A stretch of DNA of 64,000 nucleotides from a bacterium (GTDB lineage Bacteria > Electryoneota > JAOADG01): NCBI GenBank assembly GCA_963681965.1, contig OY820579.1, positions 4,064,001-4,128,000 on the forward strand, read 5' to 3'. Below, in pieces: positions 29,985 to 40,751 of the stretch (positions are counted from its first letter, which is position 1; every line of letters starts with the position of its first letter). The position numbers and the translations under genes were made by a program. The notes under the pieces are model-generated. The model had not been told where the DNA came from. It searched no databases and saw only the letters and a program-made list of their open reading frames with translations.

Positions 29985-32900
29985 ATGGATCAGGATTGGT
30001 CAGCCCTGCTTCAACAAGATCTGGCGCAACTCACTGAAGTTGTGGCAGAACACCCTACTCTGACCGAACGGTTAATTCCCGGCGAACGACGTGAAGTCGC
30101 CATTCTCTTCCTCGACCTGAAAGGTTTTACCGCACTCTCGGAAACGATGGATCACGAGATGGTCCACAAGATGATCGGTGGTGTCATGCAAGCCTTGGCA
30201 CGAGTCGTCGAGGGCTTCGGAGGGTACGTCGATAAGTTCGAGGGCGATCTGATTATGGCGCTGTTCGGTGCGCGACAAGCGTCCGAAAACGATGCCAATC
30301 GTGCAGTAGGCTGCGGATTGAAACTGCTCGCCACACTGACCGAAGTGAACCGGATTCTTGCGAGCAAAGGGTTCGAATTGGGTGCCCGAGTCGGCATCAA
30401 TTTCGGTTCCGTTACTGTCGCTCCCGATCCATCGGGACATCTCACCGCGATGGGCGATGAAGTGAATCTGGCATCGCGAATGGAGTCGTCTGCCGCCATC
30501 AATACTGTTCAAGCGACCGACCGCGTGTACCGAAAATGCGGTTCCGAATTCGAATGGCTCGATCTCGGAACGATCAGTGTGAAAGGGAAACGGGAGCCGA
30601 TCCATACCTACCGTCCTGTCGGACCGGGTACGCAACAAATGGCGCGCTGGGAACGGGCAACTCATTTACCTCACGCCTCATTTTGCGGACGCGATTCCGA
30701 ATTGCAGACTCTTTCCAACTGGTGGAATACACCGCATCCCGATTCGAAAAACCGGTTAGGTGGAGCGATCCATCGCGTGATGGTGATTGCAGGTGAAGCC
30801 GGTATCGGTAAATCGCGGCTATTCCACGAATTTCTCGGATCGCCGGCGAAGCGTCCAATTCACGCCATTCGCAGCCAAGCCATCACATTTGCACAACCGG
30901 CATTTCATTGTTGGATCGAAATTCTCCACAATATTCTGCAAATCGATCGCGCCAATTTGATCGTGCACAATAATCTGAAAGCGAAACTTGAGCAGGCGCT
31001 TCCGGATTGGTCAGGTTCCGATAAAGCGGAGTATCTCCCGTATCTCGGAGCGTTACTTTCGATTGCTGAATTTGAAAAGAGCATTGTTTCCATCGATCAA
31101 GTGACTCGCTATCAAACCACGATTCGCGCACTACGAGCGGTGATCCAGCACTATATCGCAAAACACCCCGAGACATTAATATTGTTCGAAAATTTCCACG
31201 ATCTTGATTCCGCGTCACTCGATGCGCTCGGTTTTATTTTAACCAACTGCATTACTGCGAATCCGATTTCGATCGTATTGATCGGTCGCGATGAGAATGA
31301 GACTGCCAAAAAATTGCTCGATTCGATTCCTACTGGATATATCGATGTTCAGCGCCTCGATTTGTCGCCACTATCAAAACCGGTGTGCGAGCAAATCGTC
31401 AGTGAAATGCTTCAGCTACCGCAACACGCTGCAGAATCAGCCGCGATTTCCAGTACTGAATTCTTTTCGATCAGTGGCGGTAATCCCTTATTTCTCGAAG
31501 AATTGATTTTAGACGCTGTGGAAGCGGGACGGTTGGAACAATCACCGAGCGGGTGGCGTGAAGTGGCTACTGCGAGCGAGCGTGCAGTACCATCTTCACT
31601 CGATGGTTTGATTCGGGGACGTATCGACCGCCTTGCGATCGAATGGAAACAGGGACTACAGTTGGCTGCCATCCTTGGCACCGAATTCAGCGAGAGGCTT
31701 TGGCTCCGCGTGAATGAAAAATCGAATTCGAGTCTAACGGATCAAATTCTCTCTAATCTCGTCGGGATGAATTTGTTACTTCGAATGGATAGCAAAGAAA
31801 AATGTCGCTATCGGTTTGAACAACCGTTGATCCGCACGTCGACATATTCCACGATTCTGAAACACAACCGTGCGATCTTACATCGCTATGCTGCCGAAGC
31901 GATGCTGGAACGGAAATCCGAACTCTCCGATGCCGATAGCATTGCCTTGGCATCGCATTGGGAACATACCGACAACCGTGCCGAAGCAATCCACTGGTCG
32001 CTGGAAGCGTTGCATTATCACGTTCGCAATTACCAGCATCGCGAGGCAATTGCTTGGTCTGATAAATTACTTGCTTGGCTGCATGACGAATCGGACACGG
32101 AACGAACGGCGTCGCGACTCCAGCAAGTACTACACCACCGCTTCCGGATATTCTCCATCACCGGCGATACGACTTTAGAGCGCGATGCGATCGATCAATC
32201 TCTTGCACTTGCGGAGAAATGGCAGTGGGAAGAGATCACTGCCGATGTACTCAATTCGCTCGGCAATCATCTCGATCTCCAAGGAAAAACCAGCGAATCG
32301 ATCGAAGTCTTCAACCGCGCGCTGGCGATCTTTCGCAAATTCGACAATCATCACGGTTGTGCTGAGGTGCTCAATAACCTCGGTACCATTCACCTATTCG
32401 AGAATCAATTCGACCAAGCATTGTCGCTCTTCGAACAGGCACTCGCGATCTTCCACGAGAGTCACGACCGCAAACAGGAAGGCATCGTCTTAAACAATAT
32501 CGGTATCGTTTATCGCAAGCAGAATCACCGGCAAGAAGCGTTGGATATTCTCCAATCCGCAACGCAGGTCGCGCACGAAATCGACGATCGGAAAACGGAA
32601 GCACAGGCATTTACCAACATCGGCAATCTCCAATACGATCTCGACCATAAATCGGAGGCTGTAGACGCGTTCCGCAAGGCACTAGCAATCGATCGGGAAA
32701 TCGGCGATCGTCGTTCTGAAGCGTTGGTTATGAGTAATCTCGGATATCTCTACTTGGAAAATCGCGAATTTCGCGAAGCGGAACAGCTCTTTACCGGATC
32801 GTTATACATTGCCCGCGAAACCCAGTCGGCGTGGAGTGAGTTGCAGGCGATGCTGAATCTGGTACAACTCTATATTGATACCGACAATCGCGCGAAAGCG

Positions 32901-33008
32901 GTAGAATTCTATCGGAAAGTATTGAATCTGATCGAAGCAATGGGGTGGGATCCCACCAAGATTGAGGATTTCTCGACTGTGACAGCACAAATCGAGCAGT
33001 GGAAATAA
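29985..33008 (+). CDS. Class III adenylate/guanylate cyclase + P-loop NTPase + TPR protein
   Basis: LFLDLKGFT, KFEGD, GDEVNLASR, VKGK; GEAGIGKSRL; GGNPLFLEE; C-terminal LNNLG-type TPRs. Confidence 0.9.
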   Translation: MDQDWSALLQQDLAQLTEVVAEHPTLTERLIPGERREVAILFLDLKGFTALSETMDHEMVHKMIGGVMQALARVVEGFGGYVDKFEGDLIMALFGARQASENDANRAVGCGLKLLATLTEVNRILASKGFELGARVGINFGSVTVAPDPSGHLTAMGDEVNLASRMESSAAINTVQATDRVYRKCGSEFEWLDLGTISVKGKREPIHTYRPVGPGTQQMARWERATHLPHASFCGRDSELQTLSNWWNTPHPDSKNRLGGAIHRVMVIAGEAGIGKSRLFHEFLGSPAKRPIHAIRSQAITFAQPAFHCWIEILHNILQIDRANLIVHNNLKAKLEQALPDWSGSDKAEYLPYLGALLSIAEFEKSIVSIDQVTRYQTTIRALRAVIQHYIAKHPETLILFENFHDLDSASLDALGFILTNCITANPISIVLIGRDENETAKKLLDSIPTGYIDVQRLDLSPLSKPVCEQIVSEMLQLPQHAAESAAISSTEFFSISGGNPLFLEELILDAVEAGRLEQSPSGWREVATASERAVPSSLDGLIRGRIDRLAIEWKQGLQLAAILGTEFSERLWLRVNEKSNSSLTDQILSNLVGMNLLLRMDSKEKCRYRFEQPLIRTSTYSTILKHNRAILHRYAAEAMLERKSELSDADSIALASHWEHTDNRAEAIHWSLEALHYHVRNYQHREAIAWSDKLLAWLHDESDTERTASRLQQVLHHRFRIFSITGDTTLERDAIDQSLALAEKWQWEEITADVLNSLGNHLDLQGKTSESIEVFNRALAIFRKFDNHHGCAEVLNNLGTIHLFENQFDQALSLFEQALAIFHESHDRKQEGIVLNNIGIVYRKQNHRQEALDILQSATQVAHEIDDRKTEAQAFTNIGNLQYDLDHKSEAVDAFRKALAIDREIGDRRSEALVMSNLGYLYLENREFREAEQLFTGSLYIARETQSAWSELQAMLNLVQLYIDTDNRAKAVEFYRKVLNLIEAMGWDPTKIEDFSTVTAQIEQWK

Positions 33009-33040
33009 ATTCGGATCAATCTGTCAATTCGAATTGTGAT

Positions 33041-33140
33041 TCTCAAAAGTCAGTTGTCATCGTTAGTAGGGGCGGATCCCCGCATCCGCCCGCAGGTCAG
33101 GTAAAGCCTGACACCGAATCATGACAACTTGTTTTCATGA
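33041..33140 (+). mobile_element. 100-bp MITE/REPIN-like element, copy 2 (most diverged)
   Basis: Collinear with copy 1; GTAGGGGCGGATCCCCGCATCCGCCCGCAGGTCAGGTAAAGCCTGACACCGAATCATGACAAC. Confidence 0.78.
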
Positions 33141-33163
33141 GTTCCTTGACCAGCAGGTTCGTG

Positions 33164-33466
33164 CTACTTAAATATCTCGCGTTTCAGTTCTTCAACTTTC
33201 TCCGTCCAAAAATGTAGTTCGGAAACATCTTCTGTCATCGAATACGCTACGATAATTTTCTGTGCGATCGAATATTGTAATGGATAGTACACATCGCTGT
33301 GTTCGCGTGCCAGAATACTGAAAGCATCGACATAACAGGATGCCGCGAGCAACGCCTGCCGTTCTTCCATCGCGGCATCGCCACGGTCGACTAGTTTCTC
33401 GGCTTGTCGATCCGGTACACTTTTTACTTCCCGGAGCAACTCGATAAATCTTCGCAGCTTGATCAT
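33164..33466 (-). CDS. Hypothetical helical protein
   Basis: 100-aa ORF, co-oriented with the crotonase genes, fills the gap. Confidence 0.55.
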   Translation of the reverse strand: MIKLRRFIELLREVKSVPDRQAEKLVDRGDAAMEERQALLAASCYVDAFSILAREHSDVYYPLQYSIAQKIIVAYSMTEDVSELHFWTEKVEELKREIFK

Positions 33467-33542
33467 TCTCAGTAACCTATTCGACGATAGTGGAATCGGC
33501 GGGATTGCTCCCGCCGATGAAAGAAATTTCTATCACAATACC

Positions 33543-34304
33543 CTAGTGGAATTTCGCTTGTCGTCCCTGTAGTACGGCGTTGACCCCTTCGCGAGCGTCG
33601 ACGGTCGTCATCAGATCGTTGAGGAAGATATCCTCGCTGATCTTCACGGCGCGGGTGACGGGTTCGTACAGACCACTGTCAACCGAACGTTTGACACACC
33701 GCAATGCCACATGACTGTGTCGGATAATGCGTCGTAACAAAACGTGGAGATGATCGTCGAATTCGGCGGTGGGATATACTGCGTTGATGATACCGATCTG
33801 TTTCGCGGTTTGCGCATCGATCGGATCGCCGGTTACCAACAGTTCTAACGCGCGATTGCGCCCGCAGAGCCGCGGAAGCAGCGCCGTCGCAACTGGAGGA
33901 AAGAGCGAATAATCAACTTCCGGTTGTCCGAAACTGGACCGCGCCGATGCGACACAAAGATCGCAAAACAGCGCGATTTCGCAACCGGTACCCAGCGCTT
34001 CGCCGTTGACTGCTGCAATGGTGATTACATCCGACATGTTCAAATTATCGAACAGTTTATCGAGTTCAACCATCATCTCGCCAACATGTTCCGGAACCAT
34101 GTCCTCGATATTCACGCCCGATGAAAAAACGCCGCTTGCGCCACGCAGCACAACGCATTTCAAATCCTTGTTGCGGCTTAAATCAATCAGCGATTCGTTT
34201 AACTTTCGTGCTAATTGCAACGAAATCAGGTTATTGGGTGGACGTGAGATCGTTAGTTCAGCGACATGATCGCGGCGAACAATTGATACTTCGTTCATGT
34301 TCAT
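33543..34304 (-). CDS. Enoyl-CoA hydratase/isomerase (resembles dienoyl-CoA hydratase Dch subgroup)
   Basis: RPPNN, FSSG, AAVNGEALGTGCE, FGQPEV...FPPVA. Confidence 0.85.
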   Translation of the reverse strand: MNMNEVSIVRRDHVAELTISRPPNNLISLQLARKLNESLIDLSRNKDLKCVVLRGASGVFSSGVNIEDMVPEHVGEMMVELDKLFDNLNMSDVITIAAVNGEALGTGCEIALFCDLCVASARSSFGQPEVDYSLFPPVATALLPRLCGRNRALELLVTGDPIDAQTAKQIGIINAVYPTAEFDDHLHVLLRRIIRHSHVALRCVKRSVDSGLYEPVTRAVKISEDIFLNDLMTTVDAREGVNAVLQGRQAKFH

Positions 34305-34371
34305 AGTACACCTCCGTGCTGCGGAATTGAACTTACCTAAAACGGCTTGTTATATATAACCTAATCAAAGA

Positions 34372-35160
34372 TTAAGGTTTTTTCCACACTGGTTTGCGTT
34401 TTTCTAAAAAAGCTGTGGTTCCCTCTTTCATTTCCGGGCTGGCACATGTCGCTCCGAACCAGTAAGCTTCGCGCCCAAGTGCCACATCCAGCACAACATC
34501 CTGTCCGGCATAGCAGGCGCGCAGCGCGTTATGAACCGCAGTCGGACCCTTGGATAGAATCGTCTTTGCCAATTCCAAGGCTGACGGCATCAATTGGTCG
34601 GGTTCGACCACTTTACTAATCAAACCAATTCGCTGTGCTTCATCTGCCGTAATCGTTTCCGCCGACAGAATCATCTGAACGGCGCGGCTCATCCCTACTA
34701 AGCGTGTCAAGCGTTGCGTTCCACCGAAACCGGGAATTAGTCCAAGATTCACTTCGGGCTGCCCGAACTTCGCTTTGGTCGATGCAATTCGAATATGGCA
34801 CGCCATCGCCAATTCGCAACCACCACCCAACGCAAACCCATTGATCGCAGCAATGACTGGAACTTTCAGCAATTCGAGTAAGCGAAACACTTTATTTCCT
34901 CGTTCCGAGTATACTTCCCCGGTTTCGCGATCCAAATTCTGCAATTCGGCAATGTCGGCACCAGCGACAAACGCTTTCTCGCCAGCACCGGTAATTATGA
35001 TAGCACCGATCTCGGGATCGGTAGGTACCGACGAGACGAAGTGGTACAGTTCTTCAATAACTGCAATCGACAGTGCATTGAGTGCTTCGGGTCGATTGAT
35101 CGTGACAATCGTAACCCGGTCAATTTTCTCGAGTGATAAGAATTTATAATTGGTATCCAT
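34372..35160 (-). CDS. Enoyl-CoA hydratase (crotonase)
   Basis: INRPEALNAL, KAFVAGADI, NGFALGGGCELAMAC, FGQPEVNLG.IPGFGGTQRL. Confidence 0.92.
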   Translation of the reverse strand: MDTNYKFLSLEKIDRVTIVTINRPEALNALSIAVIEELYHFVSSVPTDPEIGAIIITGAGEKAFVAGADIAELQNLDRETGEVYSERGNKVFRLLELLKVPVIAAINGFALGGGCELAMACHIRIASTKAKFGQPEVNLGLIPGFGGTQRLTRLVGMSRAVQMILSAETITADEAQRIGLISKVVEPDQLMPSALELAKTILSKGPTAVHNALRACYAGQDVVLDVALGREAYWFGATCASPEMKEGTTAFLEKRKPVWKKP

Positions 35161-35258
35161 ACTAATCTCCAATATATTTGTGGTATTAACCTATAAATGA
35201 TACGCTTTGATCCAACCGGAACAGAGAACCGAGTTTTCGTAGTGACCAAAGGAGACGA

Positions 35259-35783
35259 ATGAATACCTACCACCATCCTCATTCGGGAAAACGCGAGATA
35301 TCTTGGCAGGAATTCGGAGAATTGGCAAAAGAATTGGCATTGCGGGTCGACAAAAATTATCAACCGGATTGTGTCGTTGGTGTCTCGAAAGGCGGTTTGT
35401 CGCTTGCATCGGTTCTGGCAAGCCTGTTTCGGGTGAATCTGTTTCCCATTCGACTTTCCTACCGTGTACAAGACCGGGTCGTTCACGACAAACCGCGCTG
35501 GTCGGTCGAACCACCGGACGATGTCGAAGGGTGCAAGGTGTTATTGGTCGATGAAATTGCCATCAGCGGACAAACGCTCCGTGAGGCGGCGAAGGCAATC
35601 GACAATCGGGGTGCGACAGAAATCAAAACCTGTACGCTGTACATCCATCCCGGCAGTTTCAAACCGGACTTCTATCTGTTTGAAACTCCGGCAATGGTCG
35701 TTCACCCTTGGGATAAATGGGTGTTGATGGAGGGGAAAATTGTCATTCACCCGGAATACCGGCAACCTCCTAGTGTCAATTAG
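35259..35783 (+). CDS. Type I phosphoribosyltransferase (purine PRT-like)
   Basis: ISWQEF, GVSKGGL, VLLVDEIAISGQTL PRPP motif, VHPW. Confidence 0.85.
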   Translation: MNTYHHPHSGKREISWQEFGELAKELALRVDKNYQPDCVVGVSKGGLSLASVLASLFRVNLFPIRLSYRVQDRVVHDKPRWSVEPPDDVEGCKVLLVDEIAISGQTLREAAKAIDNRGATEIKTCTLYIHPGSFKPDFYLFETPAMVVHPWDKWVLMEGKIVIHPEYRQPPSVN

Positions 35784-35919
35784 GTAATCGATTGTTTACG
35801 TGAGGATTAATTCTGATATTAAGCATTCAGACTTATACCGAAATAGCAGTATCTTGATTGGGCGCAGGAATGCGCCCATTTTACATAATCGAAATTAACG
35901 TCGGGAAGAAGAGCAAATT

Positions 35920-36984
35920 ATGCAACTGGGATTGGTTGGATTGCCGCGTGTCGGAAAAACGACACTATTCGGTGCACTGGTCGGAAAAGCCGTCGATAAA
36001 GGGTACGGCAAGCGGGAAATGCATATCGGGGTTGCCAAAGTTCCCGATCAACGGTTGGAAGATCTAACGGCGTTGTTCAATCCGCGCAAACAGATTCATG
36101 CGACGGTGGAGTATGTCGATGTCGGTGGTCTGGAAGCCGGCGCTGCAAAGAGCGGTTACGACGAGAACTTCCTGAAAGCGCTCTCCCAAACTGATGCACT
36201 CGTACTCGTATTGCGCGGTTTTGATGGCGAAGACGGTTCTGCTCCCGATCCAGTACGGGAATTCAGTTCCGCCGAAGACGAGTTCCTGCTCAACGATCTG
36301 GGAATGGTGGAAAAACGGCTCGAACGGCTTGACGGTCAACTCAAGAAAATGAAAAACGCCGAGCTGGAGCGCGAGCGCGATTTGCTGCGGCGCTGTTTCG
36401 AAACGCTGGAACAAAACAAACCGTTGCGGGTACTCGATTTCGAACTCGAAGATGAAAAACGGTTGCGCGGTTTCCAGTTTCTCTCATTCAAACCACTGAT
36501 GGTTCTGATCAATCTCGGCGAACAATATGCCGCGAAAGCGGATGAGTGGTGCAACGCAATCACTCCGAAACTATCTGTCCACAGTTCGGTATTGGCACTG
36601 CAAGGGGAAATGGAAGCGGAAATTGCCGAATTGGAAGAAGCGGATCGCGTCGCTTTCCTGCAGGATCTTGGCATCGCCGAACCGGCTGCGGCGCGCGTCG
36701 TACAAGCCAGTTACCAGTTGTTGCATGTGATCTCGTTTTTCACTGTCGGCGAAGACGAATGCCGCGCTTGGACGATCAAACGTGGTTCCAATGCCGTTAC
36801 TGCGGCAGGCACGATTCACACCGATCTGGCACGCGGATTCATACGAGCCGAAGTCACCCGCAGTGAAGACCAATTGAAGTGGAAAACTGCGGCAGCACTG
36901 AAGGAAAAAGGGTTGAACCGGTTGGAAGGGAAAGAGTATATCGTTCAGGACGGCGATATTCTGGTGATCCGCTTTGCCGTCTAA
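35920..36984 (+). CDS. ychF: Ribosome-binding ATPase YchF
   Basis: GLVGLPRVGKTTLF, VPDQRL, DVGGL, FFTVGEDECRAW, IHTDL.RGFIRAE, EGKEYIVQDGD. Confidence 0.93.
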   Translation: MQLGLVGLPRVGKTTLFGALVGKAVDKGYGKREMHIGVAKVPDQRLEDLTALFNPRKQIHATVEYVDVGGLEAGAAKSGYDENFLKALSQTDALVLVLRGFDGEDGSAPDPVREFSSAEDEFLLNDLGMVEKRLERLDGQLKKMKNAELERERDLLRRCFETLEQNKPLRVLDFELEDEKRLRGFQFLSFKPLMVLINLGEQYAAKADEWCNAITPKLSVHSSVLALQGEMEAEIAELEEADRVAFLQDLGIAEPAAARVVQASYQLLHVISFFTVGEDECRAWTIKRGSNAVTAAGTIHTDLARGFIRAEVTRSEDQLKWKTAAALKEKGLNRLEGKEYIVQDGDILVIRFAV

Positions 36985-38008
36985 TTCGAAATCGTTGCAG
37001 TCAATACCACCGACTCCCACACATGAACTCAAACCGCTCCGGTTCACGATCGACGCTGGTCCCGCGATCACTGTCGCTGCGGCAATTCGCGAACAGTTGC
37101 CGGGCACATCTTGGAGTGTGGTTCGCAGATGGTTGACGCAGGGTCATGTGTATGTGAATGATCAAATCGTGAACGACGAAGCGCTGCGCGTGCTGCATGG
37201 CGACAACATCGAATTAAAGACGCAGGGCACCGGATCACGTAAAGCGGCAACCCAGCGTACGCAACTCTCCGGCATCAAAATCATCCATATCGACGAACAT
37301 ATCGTAATCGTCGAGAAGCCTGCGGGGATGGTAACTCAGGCGATTGCCAATTCGGAAGAAGAGTTCGATGTGTTGGAAGCGAGCAATACTCCGACACTGG
37401 AAGAGCTGATTATCCCGTTGGTCAAAAAAATCGTTGCCGCGCACCCCGAACTCAAGAGCGGTGCACCCCGGCAGGTTCACCGCATCGACAAAGATACCAG
37501 TGGCATATTGGTTTTTGCCCGCACTGGAAAAGCGTACGATTCGCTTAAACTGCAATTTTTCGAACACACGATCGATCGCGAATATCTCGCCGTTGTAGCC
37601 GGAAGAATTCAGCGAAACGAAACCATTCGATCGTATCTAATTCGCGACCGCGGCGATGGCAAACGCGGCTCGAGCGCTCGACCACAAGCTCATTCGAAAT
37701 TGGCAATCACTCACTTCGAACCGATTGAATCGTTCTCGCGCATCACGATTATTCGCTGCCACTTGGAGACCGGGCGAACGCACCAAATTCGGATTCACCT
37801 TGCCGACTCCGGACACCCTCTGCTCGGCGATCCGATTTACGGCAGCGAATATGCCTATTCGGGAATCCTCCCGCCTCCCCGCCTTGCACTTCATGCTCGC
37901 TCGCTTGGATTTCTCCATCCCAATGGAAAGCGAGTTTATTTCGAGAGCGATTTGCCTGAAGATTTATCGAAGTGGCTCGATCGGTTGCGAAAAAGCCATT
38001 CCCGGTAG
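36974..38008 (+). CDS. RluA/RluD family pseudouridine synthase with S4 domain
   Basis: EKPAGM, VHRIDKDTSG, LETGRTHQIR.H, GDPIYG. Confidence 0.92.
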   Translation: MPSNSKSLQSIPPTPTHELKPLRFTIDAGPAITVAAAIREQLPGTSWSVVRRWLTQGHVYVNDQIVNDEALRVLHGDNIELKTQGTGSRKAATQRTQLSGIKIIHIDEHIVIVEKPAGMVTQAIANSEEEFDVLEASNTPTLEELIIPLVKKIVAAHPELKSGAPRQVHRIDKDTSGILVFARTGKAYDSLKLQFFEHTIDREYLAVVAGRIQRNETIRSYLIRDRGDGKRGSSARPQAHSKLAITHFEPIESFSRITIIRCHLETGRTHQIRIHLADSGHPLLGDPIYGSEYAYSGILPPPRLALHARSLGFLHPNGKRVYFESDLPEDLSKWLDRLRKSHSR

Positions 38009-38171
38009 CACTACTTCTTATTTATCAATTCCAACCTCTTTGAATTATTCCTGATGTTAATCTTGTCGAAAGTCACAATAATTTTGTTTAATCTGTTTGA
38101 ATCAATCTATTTCATCCCGATTCAATGCTTATCTTCAAGAATTATTACATAATCCGATCATTGGAGAAATT

Positions 38172-39272
38172 ATGAGCAAATTGTTCATCTACTCGATTTT
38201 GATTGTACTACTTTTTTCGCTGTTAGCTATGGCGCAAGTAACATTGAATCGTACCGATATTCCCGATTCGATTGGTTATACCCCGACCTACATCACTAGT
38301 TCGAATCAACCGGTTACACTCGGCGCAACCGGCGGTAGTCAACGCTGGGACTTTTCCACTGTCCCGACCGGATCGACACTCCGCTCCTCTACCTACGTCT
38401 CGCCAGACAGCACATTGTGGCATTCAACGACCAACTGGGGAACGACTTCAAGTCCCAAATATGCGCAGATGGCACAGTTCGTCACCTCATTTGCCGGAAT
38501 GAATACACCGACTTACATGTACTATCGCTATCCGAGTGGCAACACTTCGCTTGAAATGATCGGCGTTGGATTGATGGGCGACAGCGATTTTCCACAACAA
38601 ATTGTCAAACCGACCAACACCTTTCGGAAATATGTGATTCCATTAACTTACAATCTGACTTGGCGGGATTCCTTGAAGGGCACCGTGGACACCCGCGACA
38701 GTGCTGGTTACGACTTAAAAGCAAAAGTGACAATGTATTTTCAGAATAGTATCGATGCATACGGAACAGTTGTTTACCCCGGCGATTCCGCGCAGTGCCT
38801 CCGACTCACAACCATCTGTACCGGAACGTACCAAGTCGGTTTTTTCTACCTCGGTTCGATCTGGGTACCGGTCTTGACCTCGAGTATTCCCGCTTATACC
38901 ACCGTCAGTTGGATCACACCTGGTGCCGGAGTGCTTGTTTCCGCAGTGAGCGATACCGGAATCACGACTGCTAATTTCACGACCGCGAAAACCTTGCAAG
39001 TCACCAATCGCAGCGATCTGCCGCGGATCCCAAGTAATTTATCGATAGCACTGAATGGCACCGATGCAAATTTAGCCTGGTCGCGAGTCGATTCCACAGT
39101 TGCCGGATTTCCCATAACGATATCCGGTTATCATGTTTATTCGTTGACTGAGTTCCCGGGTTCAACCAATCTGATAGGAACCATCACCAATCCAAATACC
39201 GTCAATTTCATCGATGGCAGTACAATTCCATCCAATCTTGCCCGGTATTATACTATTCGGGCAGTAAAATAA
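38172..39272 (+). CDS. Secreted beta-rich hypothetical protein with C-terminal FN3-like domain
   Basis: GGAG RBS, signal peptide ending AMA/Q, WDFS motif, DAYGTV, C-terminal L.W...YHVY...YYTIRAV. Confidence 0.78.
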   Translation: MSKLFIYSILIVLLFSLLAMAQVTLNRTDIPDSIGYTPTYITSSNQPVTLGATGGSQRWDFSTVPTGSTLRSSTYVSPDSTLWHSTTNWGTTSSPKYAQMAQFVTSFAGMNTPTYMYYRYPSGNTSLEMIGVGLMGDSDFPQQIVKPTNTFRKYVIPLTYNLTWRDSLKGTVDTRDSAGYDLKAKVTMYFQNSIDAYGTVVYPGDSAQCLRLTTICTGTYQVGFFYLGSIWVPVLTSSIPAYTTVSWITPGAGVLVSAVSDTGITTANFTTAKTLQVTNRSDLPRIPSNLSIALNGTDANLAWSRVDSTVAGFPITISGYHVYSLTEFPGSTNLIGTITNPNTVNFIDGSTIPSNLARYYTIRAVK

Positions 39273-39292
39273 GGATCGAACAATTATTGTAT

Positions 39293-39393
39293 CCTTGAAA
39301 ATAAGTTGTTATCGGGAGTAGGGGCGGACCCCCGTGTCCGCCCGCAGGTCAGGCGAAGCCTGACACCGAATCTTGACAGCTTATTTTTCAAGA
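39293..39393 (+). mobile_element. 100-bp MITE/REPIN-like element, copy 3
   Basis: CCTTGAAAATAAGTTGTTATCGG...GCCTGACACCGAATCTTGACAGCTTATTTTTCAAGA. Confidence 0.8.
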
Positions 39394-39542
39394 ACCATGA
39401 TAGTACCGACGGGTCACTTTCCATTACGCGAGAAGTTTCACAATTCACGTACTTGCGAAAATCTTTCGCAAACCTTGACAAAACAGTGATTCCCTTCGAA
39501 AATCTTCGTACATTTAGATAGCACTATTATTGTACTAAGGAT

Positions 39543-40457
39543 ATGAGTTCCGCTCAATTGCTCACACAATTTCTCGACGACATTGCGTACCGACGGAGCG
39601 GTAGCAGTCATACGCAAGTCAACTATCGCCGTGCGATTGAAACCTTTCTGGCATGGGTTTCGACGGACGATCCTGCTCAACTTGCGCATTATTCTGCCTA
39701 CGAATTGCAACACTATTTTACCTCCCGTGCCAAATCGGATCTCGCGCCACGCAGCGTTATCAACGAGCGTGCGGCGATCTCTTCATTCTACCGATTCCTG
39801 ATTCGACGCGGCGTGGTGCAACACAATCCCGTGAAACCAACCAAAGTCAAGAAACCCGACAAGACACTACCGAAATCACTACCGATGGCACCACTTAATC
39901 AGACGCTCGACACCATTCAAGCGACGCTGTCGGCACGGGATCGGTGGATCCTGGAAGGGCTTTATGGCACTGGATTGCGGGTATCGGAGTTTGCCGGAAT
40001 CCGGTTTAGCGATATCAGACCGGACGAACACCGGATTGAAGTAATCGGGAAAGGGTCGAAATTACGTTCCGTGCCACTCACCGAACGTGCTTGGGCGACT
40101 CTACTTGAGTATCTTTTAGAACGAGGCGCTTCGCCTCAGGCGTTGGGGGTATCGAACGAACCGGTGTTAGTTGGCGAGCACAATCGTCAGTTATCGGTTC
40201 GAACGATTCAACGGGTGGTTTCGCAGTTATTGGGCGGGTTACGGTCGGGCGCTAGCGTCACACCGCATCAACTTCGCCACAGTTACGCCAGCCATCTACT
40301 AGCCGATGGCGCAGATCTTCGTGCAGTACAGGAGTTATTGGGTCATGCCCGCTTGGGAACGACTCAAATTTACACTCACCTTGATGCCGGCAGATTGCAG
40401 GAGTTGGTTCGCAAGAATTTACCCCGCAGTCAGTCCGAACCTCTGGAGGAAAAATGA
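39543..40457 (+). CDS. xerC: Tyrosine recombinase XerC-like
   Basis: YGTGLRVSE, GKGSK.R.VP, HQLRHSYASHLL, ELLGH...TTQIYTH; xerC-hpf-hprK context. Confidence 0.82.
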   Translation: MSSAQLLTQFLDDIAYRRSGSSHTQVNYRRAIETFLAWVSTDDPAQLAHYSAYELQHYFTSRAKSDLAPRSVINERAAISSFYRFLIRRGVVQHNPVKPTKVKKPDKTLPKSLPMAPLNQTLDTIQATLSARDRWILEGLYGTGLRVSEFAGIRFSDIRPDEHRIEVIGKGSKLRSVPLTERAWATLLEYLLERGASPQALGVSNEPVLVGEHNRQLSVRTIQRVVSQLLGGLRSGASVTPHQLRHSYASHLLADGADLRAVQELLGHARLGTTQIYTHLDAGRLQELVRKNLPRSQSEPLEEK

Positions 40458-40744
40458 AGCTGCAAGTCACAGCTCGTCGTTTTAAATTATCCGATCGATT
40501 GGAAACCTTGGTGCAAAAGGAAATCACCGCGTTGGAACGGCATTTCGACCATATCCACGATGTGAATGTCGTTTTGACCACCGATCATGGCGTCCGCCAT
40601 GTCGATGTGAAAATCCATGTGCCCAATCATACTTTATCCAGTGAGGGGGAAAGTACCGAACAATTTGACGTGCTGATTCCGCAGATCTTAAAGAAAGCCA
40701 CTACCCAACTTCAACGCCACAAAGAGAAGCTAAAGAAGTTATAG
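40454..40744 (+). CDS. hpf: Ribosome hibernation factor (HPF/RaiA, short form)
   Basis: M.LQVTARR, QLQRHKEKL; 96 aa; upstream of hprK. Confidence 0.82.
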   Translation: MKLQVTARRFKLSDRLETLVQKEITALERHFDHIHDVNVVLTTDHGVRHVDVKIHVPNHTLSSEGESTEQFDVLIPQILKKATTQLQRHKEKLKKL

Positions 40745-40751
40745 GAGATGA

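Noticed and set aside
39284-39521. ORFs spanning the 100-bp element (also 44704-44895)
   Set aside because: The frames are not preserved between copies
39543-40457. Integrase of a prophage or integron
   Set aside because: Housekeeping xerC-hpf-hprK context, with no att sites, phage genes or evident IntI-specific insertion
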